DNA from: Pyrinomonadaceae bacterium
Lineage (GTDB): Bacteria; Acidobacteriota; Blastocatellia; Pyrinomonadales; Pyrinomonadaceae
Assembly: GCA_041394845.1 (NCBI GenBank)
Contig: JAWKHL010000001.1
Span: 464,116-488,115 of the forward strand
Length of the DNA stretch: 24,000 nucleotides
Direction: 5' to 3'
Shown: piece by piece, positions 6,591-12,665 of the stretch
Layout: each line of letters opens with the position of its first letter
How positions within the stretch are numbered: the first letter of the stretch is position 1
Program-made: the position numbers and the translations under genes
Notes under the pieces: model-generated
The model's database searches: none
What the model saw: only the letters and a program-made list of their open reading frames with translations
Told to the model about the DNA's origin: nothing

Positions 6591-7542
6591 AAAAAGTTTG
6601 ATCCCAAAATCTTTCGCTCAAATATCTGCCTCCGCCGTCGCAGAGGATCGTGACGATGACGGCTTTTTCCTTTAGTTCACGGGCTAGATTTATTGAGGCC
6701 GCTACGTTTGCGCCGGAACTGATGCCGACGAAGAGTCCTTCCTGGCGGGCCAGTCGGCGCGTCATCTCTTGCGCTTCTTCTGTCGAGATCTCCAGATTTT
6801 CGTCGGCCAGTCCGGCCTGGTAAATGCCGGGAACGCGGGCCGATCCCAGATGTTTCATTCCTTCGAGACCGTGGAGAGGCGAGTCGGGCTGGACGGAAAT
6901 CGTTTGCACCATCGGGTTTATTTCTTTCAGACGGCGCGAGGTCCCGGTGAAAGTGCCGGTCGTTCCCAAACCGGCCACAAAATGTGTGATCCGCCCGAAT
7001 GTCTGCCTCCAGATCTCCGGTGCGGTCGAGTGAAAATGCGCCCGCCAGTTGGCCTCGTTGTTGTATTGATCGGGATAGAAGTAGCGGTCGGGGAATTGGC
7101 GGACAAGTTCTTTGGCCCGCGCCTGAGCCCCGTCGGTCCCTTCGAGCGCGTCGGTTTCGATGATCTCCGCGCCGTAAAGCCGCAAAATTCGCTTTCGTTC
7201 GGGGCTGGCGTTTTTCGGCAGGGTCAAAGCCACCCGATACCCGCGCGCCGCACCGATCATCGCATAAGCGATGCCGGTGTTTCCGCTGGTCGCATCGAGG
7301 ATCGTTTTGCTTTTGGTGAGTTCGCCCGAATTTTCGCCTTCGAGTATCATTGCCAAGGCGGCCCGGTCCTTGACCGAACCGCCCGGATTCATAAATTCGG
7401 CCTTGGCGTAGATCTCGATTTCGTCCGGCAGATCGTCGATGACGTTCCTCAAACGGATCAAGGGCGTATTGCCGATCCGCGATTCGAGCGAGTTATCCTC
7501 GGTTTGATAAGTTATTTTCGTTTCTAAAACAGCCGTTTGCAT
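6589..7542 (-). CDS. Cysteine synthase, fold-type II PLP enzyme (CysK/CysM family)
   Basis: ORF track gives 6589-7566. The ATG at 7542 has an AGGGG SD upstream. Motifs: IGNTPLIRL, NPGGSVKDRAA (PLP lysine), SGNTGIAYA, GTTGTFTG, GISSGANV. Confidence 0.85.
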   Translation of the reverse strand: MQTAVLETKITYQTEDNSLESRIGNTPLIRLRNVIDDLPDEIEIYAKAEFMNPGGSVKDRAALAMILEGENSGELTKSKTILDATSGNTGIAYAMIGAARGYRVALTLPKNASPERKRILRLYGAEIIETDALEGTDGAQARAKELVRQFPDRYFYPDQYNNEANWRAHFHSTAPEIWRQTFGRITHFVAGLGTTGTFTGTSRRLKEINPMVQTISVQPDSPLHGLEGMKHLGSARVPGIYQAGLADENLEISTEEAQEMTRRLARQEGLFVGISSGANVAASINLARELKEKAVIVTILCDGGGRYLSERFWDQTF

Positions 7543-7555
7543 AAATACCCCTGAT

Positions 7556-7610
7556 CGAAAAAACAAAGCCGACCGCGAAATTTAATGTTCGAGACATTCA
7601 CGGTCGGCTG
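7556..7610 (-). terminator. Intrinsic terminator (attenuator) between the Cys-rich leader ORF and cysteine synthase
   Basis: Minus-strand RNA: A8 run, CAGCCGACCG (7610-7601) ... CGGUCGGCU (7575-7567) with an inner AAUGU/ACAUU stem, then UUUGUUUUUU. Ends 14 nt before the cysteine synthase ATG. Confidence 0.7.
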
Positions 7611-7635
7611 TTTTTTTTGTATTTTAGCGTTTACA

Positions 7636-7734
7636 TCAAGTTGTCCTAACGCTAAACCTCAGCCGCCGCGCCCGACAGGCGCATCCGTTACAACAGCAAC
7701 AACAAATTCGGATTTTCGACTGAGTTTTCATCAT
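7636..7734 (-). CDS. 32-codon Cys-rich leader peptide ORF (MMKTQSKIRICCCCCNGCACRARRLRFSVRTT)
   Basis: Own translation of the minus strand: ATG ATG AAA ACT CAG TCG AAA ATC CGA ATT TGT TGT TGC TGT TGT AAC GGA TGC GCC TGT CGG GCG CGG CGG CTG AGG TTT AGC GTT AGG ACA ACT TGA. Seven of 32 codons are Cys, five of them consecutive (7704-7690). Too short to appear in the ORF track. SD is weak or absent. Confidence 0.6.
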   Translation of the reverse strand: MMKTQSKIRICCCCCNGCACRARRLRFSVRTT

Positions 7735-7754
7735 TTTCTAAATCTTTACAAAAA

Positions 7755-7784
7755 AGTCTACATTCCGGACGCAGACGATGTCAA
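7755..7784 (-). promoter_or_regulatory. Sigma-70-like promoter TTGACA-N18-TAGACT upstream of the leader ORF
   Basis: Minus strand: TTGACA (7784-7779), 18-nt spacer, TAGACT (7760-7755). About 20 nt upstream of the leader ATG. Confidence 0.5.
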
Positions 7785-7795
7785 GATGGTTTTGG

Positions 7796-7871
7796 ATTTT
7801 GGGTTTTAGATTTTGGATTTTGGATTAAATTTCGAGGATAAATCCAAAATCCAAAATCTAAAACCCAAAAT
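7796..7871. repeat. Perfect 31-bp inverted repeat built from GGATTTT/GGGTTTTA units, 14-nt loop
   Basis: ATTTTGGGTTTTAGATTTTGGATTTTGGATT (7796-7826) and its exact reverse complement (7841-7871). Confidence 0.9.
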
Positions 7872-7883
7872 TTAAAAGAGATG

Positions 7884-7917
7884 AAGCGGCTTATGATCGG
7901 GAAAACATAAGCCGCTT
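7884..7917 (-). terminator. 12-bp perfect hairpin, probable terminator of the phosphohexomutase/FtsB-like unit
   Basis: AAGCGGCTTATG-N10-CATAAGCCGCTT. The minus-strand RNA continues CAUCUCUUUUAAAUUUU, which is U-rich but not an immediate U-run. Confidence 0.45.
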
Positions 7918-8023
7918 AAATGGCGGAAGGTTAAACTGTAGGCAAAGCGGAGCGGATAGGCAAAAGGCGGATTATTTAGCGGGTAGGCAGTTTATGCCGG
8001 AGAATGACTCTCCGCTAGGTAGC

Positions 8024-8338
8024 TTAATTCACCGGCACAAGAATCTTTTCATTCGGACGGCTCATTCCGATCTTGCGAGCTTCGCGCTCGATGATCCGGG
8101 AGTCCGTCTTCAATCCCTTGACTTCCTTTTGAAGTAATTCATTTTCAGTTGTCAATTGTTCAATCTCGGTCGTCAGAGTTTCATGCTGTGTCATTTCGGC
8201 TCTCAGCTCTGAGAAAGCGCGCAGATTGATGGCGATGCAAACCATAAAGGTTATCGAAACGATGACCGCAAAAACAAACCACTGTGGAGTTGTACTTGTC
8301 TGACGTTTCTCTAGTTTTGCGCGTTTTTTTTTACTCAT
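8024..8338 (-). CDS. Septum formation initiator (FtsB/DivIC family) protein
   Basis: ORF track gives 8024-8383. The ATG at 8338 (MSKKKRAKLEK) avoids overlap with the upstream gene. Single TM helix WFVFAVIVSITFMVCIAINL, a coiled coil (EIEQLTTENELLQKEVKGLK) and the C-terminal IIEREARKIGMSRPNEKIL signature. Confidence 0.7.
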   Translation of the reverse strand: MSKKKRAKLEKRQTSTTPQWFVFAVIVSITFMVCIAINLRAFSELRAEMTQHETLTTEIEQLTTENELLQKEVKGLKTDSRIIEREARKIGMSRPNEKILVPVN

Positions 8339-8351
8339 AACGGCAGAACTG

Positions 8352-9743
8352 TTAGTCCAGTAAGTAGCGATGGCCTTGCTCAAGTAACACCTCCAAATCT
8401 TCCCTGTTTTCGCTTTCAGCGTAAATTCTGACCAGCGGTTCGGTGCCGGAAGGACGCATCAGCATCCAGCTTTTATCGGCAAAAATGAATTTTACGCCGT
8501 CCGTTCGATCTATTTTTTCAATCTTTCTTCCCGCTATTTCATGCGGATCTTGAGATAACTTATCTTTAAGCATTTGGGCGACTTCCGGCGTCAGTTTGAC
8601 TCCGATGCGGCCCGATTCCAGTTTGCCGACGCGCCCGTAAAGTTCTTCGAGTTGCTCGGTCAGGCCGGTTCCCCGGGCGGCGACCGCTTCGGCCGCCAGC
8701 AGACAGGCCAGAATGCCGTCCTTTTCGGGGTAATGCCCTCGGATCGAAAGCCCGGCGGATTCCTCTCCGCCGAGGATGATCTCGTCTTTATTTATCAATT
8801 CGCCGATGAACTTGAAACCGACCGGCGTCTCGTAAAGTCTGATGCCCCGGTTTTCGGCCACCCGGTCGACCAGATGAGTCGTTGCCACGCTGCGGGCGAC
8901 CCCCAGCATCCAACCCCTCGATTCCACCAGATAATCCGTCAAAAGCGCGATCAGCTGATTGGGCTCGATAAATTGGCCGTTGCTGTCGATCACTCCGAAA
9001 CGATCACCGTCCCCGTCCGTGGCCAGCCCGAGCGTCAGGTTGCCGGACGTGACTTTCTCGCGAAGTTCATCCAGATGATCTTTGCCGGGTTCGGGGGAGC
9101 GGCCGCCGAAAGTAACATCGCGCCAGTCGTGAATGGTTTCGCACTCCAAACCGTTGTCGCGCAACAGTTTGTCAAGGTAACCGCGACCCGTTCCCCAAAG
9201 CGCGTCGTAGGCGTATTTGCCACGGGCGGCGGCGATCTGGTCGAGGCGCAACTTGCTTTTCAAATCTTCCAGATAATCGGGGCGTGGGTCGAATTCTTCG
9301 ATTGAACCCCCGCCCGCGGTTTCGGCCTTGGCACCCATTTCGAAATTGCTTTCAATTCGTTTGGTTATTTCCGGCAGAGCCGGGGCACCGTCCGATGTGG
9401 AAAACTTGATACCCTGGTATTCAGGCGGATTATGCGAAGCGGTAAAATTTATTCCGCCGGCCGCTTTTTGATTCCGGATCGTATGGGAAATCGTCGGCGT
9501 CGGCGTCGGATTCTGGCATAAAAGAACCCGAAATCCTTTGTCTTTGGCGATTTCAGCCGCCACTGCCGAAAAAGTCTCTCCCATAAACCGCGAATCATGT
9601 CCGATGATCAGGGACTGACCGCTTTCCTTATAATTGTCTTTCAAATAACTGCAAATCGCTTCGGTTACAAGCCTGACATTTTCAAAAGTGAAGTCATCGG
9701 CAATGATCGCTCTCCACCCAGATGTACCGAAACGAATTGACAT
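8352..9743 (-). CDS. alpha-D-phosphohexomutase (phosphoglucomutase/phosphomannomutase family)
   Basis: ORF track gives 8352-9776. The ATG at 9743 (MSIRFGTSGWRA) has GGAAAG upstream. Motifs: TASHNPPEYQGIK (phosphoserine loop), DGDGDR (Mg loop), GGEESAG (sugar loop), RPSGTEPLVRIY (phosphate loop). Confidence 0.85.
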   Translation of the reverse strand: MSIRFGTSGWRAIIADDFTFENVRLVTEAICSYLKDNYKESGQSLIIGHDSRFMGETFSAVAAEIAKDKGFRVLLCQNPTPTPTISHTIRNQKAAGGINFTASHNPPEYQGIKFSTSDGAPALPEITKRIESNFEMGAKAETAGGGSIEEFDPRPDYLEDLKSKLRLDQIAAARGKYAYDALWGTGRGYLDKLLRDNGLECETIHDWRDVTFGGRSPEPGKDHLDELREKVTSGNLTLGLATDGDGDRFGVIDSNGQFIEPNQLIALLTDYLVESRGWMLGVARSVATTHLVDRVAENRGIRLYETPVGFKFIGELINKDEIILGGEESAGLSIRGHYPEKDGILACLLAAEAVAARGTGLTEQLEELYGRVGKLESGRIGVKLTPEVAQMLKDKLSQDPHEIAGRKIEKIDRTDGVKFIFADKSWMLMRPSGTEPLVRIYAESENREDLEVLLEQGHRYLLD

Positions 9744-10169
9744 AAAATCTTTCCAAGGTCTAAAGTATGACTTCAAAAGAATCTAAACTTTACTTTTATT
9801 TCAAATGGGTTTGGTTTAGAGATCTTATTTAGTTTTGTTGTTTTTTTCCGAAATTAAAGGGCTATCTCAGAAGTAGAACCAAACTATCATAATCCGTTTA
9901 ATTCTGTAAAGACATTTTTAGGTGTTGTTAAACTTCTTTATTTTCAATGGTTTGGAACTATTAGTTTAAGTGATTGTTCAACAGAGTGCTTAAACGTGAA
10001 CGTTAGGTGAACGGAAATCCACCTTTTTATCAGGCCTGTGAAAATTCCCAGTAATTACAGGTGTCTTGTGAAAAAAAATCTCACGGCAAATGTGGAAAAA
10101 CTTTAAACAGCAGTTTAAGTAGATTAATTTGATCCGAGAAAACAACTGAAAATCTTTCGGGTTTTGAGA

Positions 10170-10216
10170 AGGCTTGTCTGTGTCAAATGGCTACAGATAG
10201 GCCGGTTTTTTGTTTG
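10170..10216 (+). terminator. Orphan intrinsic-terminator-like hairpin in the long AT-rich gap (possible 3' end of an sRNA)
   Basis: GGCTTGTCTGT (10170-10180) pairs with ACAGATAGGCC (10192-10202): 11 bp including 2 G-U, 11-nt loop. Then GG TTTTTTGTTT. There is no plus-strand ORF upstream. Confidence 0.4.
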
Positions 10217-10314
10217 GCGTGTTAATTGGCTACAGTATGAGGATCTGTCATTTTACCCTTTCTTGCGCGGTAAACTGTTAAAAACAAAAGAGGATAACTC
10301 TTCGTGCGGGAAGC

Positions 10315-10328
10315 GGCACAGTATTTGC
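10315..10328 (+). promoter_or_regulatory. Sigma-54 (-24/-12) promoter match GGCAC-N5-TTGC
   Basis: cGGCACagtatTTGCca: GG-N10-GC spacing is exact, and 9 of 10 positions of the core consensus TGGCAC-N5-TTGC match. About 160 nt upstream of the radical SAM ATG. Confidence 0.4.
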
Positions 10329-10487
10329 CAATAAATATTAATAAGGATAGTGTGTTCTCCAAATCTACTAAGCCAAAATTATCGAGAAATTATTAAGTAT
10401 TATTTAGGTTTGCATGCCTTAAAGTGCGTTAGAACACACCCAGATTTATCAAAATAAAGGATTTTTCTTGTTGGAGAAAAGAAGATT

Positions 10488-12524
10488 ATGAGACCGATAA
10501 AACATTTTGAAAAAGGCTTGACATTTGTCGCAAGTGGTGTTTTCAAAGCAATTAAATCAGTTAACCAATATAAACCGAACCCGTCTTTTACGCCGAAATG
10601 GTCGGATAAGCCGTTGCTTAAATCGTGGCAGAAATCAAAACCGACGCTCGGGTTTCCGAGAACGACCGACAGTCTTTGTCCCAATTGCGTCATCGAAGCG
10701 CGGGAAGAGATCTTGAGCGGAAAACGCGACGTTTCGACGCTCGTCAATGAAAAGGTCGGCGAGATCAAGGCCCAGATAATCGAACGCGACGGGCAGATCT
10801 GGATGATCAAAGATTGCCCCGAACACGGGCATTTTGAAGATCTGATGGCCATCGATTCCAAATTCTTAGAGCATATCGAAGCCAATTTTCCGGGACGCGA
10901 CATTTCGGCACACAACGACGAAAAATTGCACAATCACGGTTCTTCGACCATCAAATACGGCCGCGGCGCCGTTTTGACGGTCGATCTGACCAACCGTTGC
11001 AATATGATGTGCGACCCGTGTTTTATGGACGCCAATCAGGTCGGCTTCGTTCACGAACTTTCGATGGAGGACGTTAAAGAGATCCTCGATAACGCCATCT
11101 CGATCAAACCGCGTCGGCAGATGTCGGTGCAGTTCTCGGGCGGCGAACCGACGCTCTCGCCGTATTTTATCGAGGGCATCCGCTACGCCCGGCAGGTCGG
11201 TTACAATTCGGTTCAGGCCGCGACCAACGGCATCGAGTTCGCCAAATCCAAAGAATTCTGCCGCGAGGCCGCCGATGCCGGACTTCGTTTCGTTTACCTG
11301 CAATTCGACGGAATCGGAAACGACGCCAACTCGCACCGTCAGGTCGGCAACCTGTTTGATGTTAAACTCCGCGCGATCAACAATTTGCACGAAGCCGGCG
11401 TTGACATCATTCTGGTTACGACGCTGGTCAACGGCATCAACAACGATCAGGTCGGTTCGATCGTCCGCTTCGCGCTCGACAATCCGAAGAAGATCTCGTT
11501 TGTGTCATTTCAACCCGTTTCCTTTACGGGCCGCGACGAGCACATCACCGAACAGCGACGTTTGCAACAGCGCTACACCTTGTCGCATCTGGCGGAGGAC
11601 GTTCAGAAACAGGTCGGCATCACCGAACCGACCCGCGACTGGTTCCCGCTTTCGCTGATGGGCGCTTTTGCGGATTTCGCCGATCTGGTTCACGGACCGG
11701 AAGCCGACTGGGGACAGGTCTCCTGCGGATGCCACCCGAACTGCGGCGTCGGCACGGCCGTTATGATCAACAAAGAAACCAAGGAAATGGCTCCGGTTCC
11801 GGAGTTCCTGAACATTCCCGGTCTGGTCGAAGATATGAAACATATCACCGACACCGCCCGCGGCAAATGGTTCTCGAATCTGATGATGGGATTGGCGCTT
11901 TTGAAGAACTACAATCCATACGGCGCGCCGCACTCGCTGACGCTGGGCGGCATTCTGAAGAAGTTCGACAAATCTTTCGGTCTGACCGGTAAAGATTACG
12001 GCAAGGTTGACGGATCGCGCACGATGGATGACATCGAAAAACGCCGTCAGGACCCGTGGAACTTCCTGTTTATCGCCGGAATGTGGTTCCAGGATCTGTT
12101 CAACTACGATTTCCGCCGGACCGAGATGTGCATCATCCCCTACGGCACGCAAGAGGGCGAGATTTCCTTCTGCGCCTACAACACGGGCATCGGCTGGAGA
12201 AACATCATCGAACATATGCACCAGAACGCCACCGTCGCGCAATGGTATAAAGAGAACGGCCGCCACGAGATCTTCGCTCGCGGCAAAGAGGTCGAACTGG
12301 GCAGCAACGAACACGGCCTGAAACTCAACGCGGTCGATCTCGAACGTCCGGACAAACCGGATATGGAAGGCCCGAAGACCGCTTCTGAAGAAATGCAGAT
12401 GATGCGCAAACTCTATCAGCAGATGGTTATGGAGAAAAATCAGATCAAGGGCGAAAACCTGGTTCAGATCGGCGGTTTGAAGTCCAAAAAGAAAAAGGAC
12501 GACGCCAAAACCGCTTCTGTTTAA
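10488..12524 (+). CDS. Large radical SAM enzyme of the COG1964 type (archaeal tetraether synthase Tes / GDGT-MAS-like family)
   Basis: 678-aa ORF with a GGAG SD. CNMMCDPC (nt 10998-11021) is the CxxxCxxC radical SAM motif, followed by SVQFSGGEPTL. N-terminal CPNC...IKDCPEHGHF is a zinc-ribbon/rubredoxin-like element. C-terminal MCIIPYGTQEGEISFCAYNTG. The radical SAM assignment is firm; the Tes-like assignment is from memory of the family layout. Confidence 0.85.
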   Translation: MRPIKHFEKGLTFVASGVFKAIKSVNQYKPNPSFTPKWSDKPLLKSWQKSKPTLGFPRTTDSLCPNCVIEAREEILSGKRDVSTLVNEKVGEIKAQIIERDGQIWMIKDCPEHGHFEDLMAIDSKFLEHIEANFPGRDISAHNDEKLHNHGSSTIKYGRGAVLTVDLTNRCNMMCDPCFMDANQVGFVHELSMEDVKEILDNAISIKPRRQMSVQFSGGEPTLSPYFIEGIRYARQVGYNSVQAATNGIEFAKSKEFCREAADAGLRFVYLQFDGIGNDANSHRQVGNLFDVKLRAINNLHEAGVDIILVTTLVNGINNDQVGSIVRFALDNPKKISFVSFQPVSFTGRDEHITEQRRLQQRYTLSHLAEDVQKQVGITEPTRDWFPLSLMGAFADFADLVHGPEADWGQVSCGCHPNCGVGTAVMINKETKEMAPVPEFLNIPGLVEDMKHITDTARGKWFSNLMMGLALLKNYNPYGAPHSLTLGGILKKFDKSFGLTGKDYGKVDGSRTMDDIEKRRQDPWNFLFIAGMWFQDLFNYDFRRTEMCIIPYGTQEGEISFCAYNTGIGWRNIIEHMHQNATVAQWYKENGRHEIFARGKEVELGSNEHGLKLNAVDLERPDKPDMEGPKTASEEMQMMRKLYQQMVMEKNQIKGENLVQIGGLKSKKKKDDAKTASV

Positions 12525-12547
12525 TCCTCGAAGATTAAACTAAAAAA

Positions 12548-12586
12548 GCGCCGCAGATCACCGAGTGATCTGCGGCGCTTTTTTTT
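12548..12586 (+). terminator. Strong intrinsic terminator after the radical SAM gene
   Basis: AAAAAA-GCGCCGCAGATCA-CCGAG-TGATCTGCGGCGC-TTTTTTTT: 13-bp perfect stem, 5-nt loop, T8. Confidence 0.85.
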
Positions 12587-12665
12587 GCGTTCAGGCAACC
12601 GGATTTTTATTTTGGCGCACCCAAGTTGAAAAATTCGGTTAAGATCAAAAGAGGATTACTCAGAC

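Noticed and set aside
7610-7700. Idea that the cysteine synthase leader is a metabolite riboswitch (SAM/SAH type)
   Set aside because: I saw no resemblance to the SAM-I, SAM-IV, SAH or other aptamer cores I could recall. The Cys-codon leader ORF gives a simpler explanation. A covariance-model search would still be worthwhile.
7585-7809. 74-aa plus-strand ORF in the cysteine synthase upstream region
   Set aside because: It spans the terminator hairpin and the heptamer repeat. Its TTATT stretch is the reverse complement of the minus-strand Cys-codon run. The minus-strand promoter / leader ORF / terminator reading explains the region better.
7939-7989. Three TAGGCA motifs (7939, 7957, 7984) in the 3' region after the FtsB-like gene
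   Set aside because: The hexamer is short, the spacing is irregular (18 and 27 nt), and there is no dyad symmetry. This is consistent with chance.
2182-9776. Longer N-termini given by the ORF track (3771, 5513, 7566, 8383, 9776; also 22357 and 23214 on the plus strand)
   Set aside because: The extensions read through heptamer repeats or the upstream gene, lack an SD, and add residues foreign to the family N-termini. Internal ATGs with SD-like sequences (3633, 5483, 7542, 8338, 9743, 22417, 23217) are preferred, although none is experimentally fixed.
9777-10487. AT-rich gap as a horizontally acquired island or mobile-element remnant
   Set aside because: It has no integrase or transposase fragments, terminal repeats or tRNA target. 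The flanking genes are ordinary housekeeping genes, so a long regulatory region is more likely.
10400-10933. 177-aa minus-strand ORF overlapping the start of the radical SAM gene
   Set aside because: It is antisense to the motif-rich N-terminus of the radical SAM protein, Ser/Cys/Leu-biased, and has no SD.
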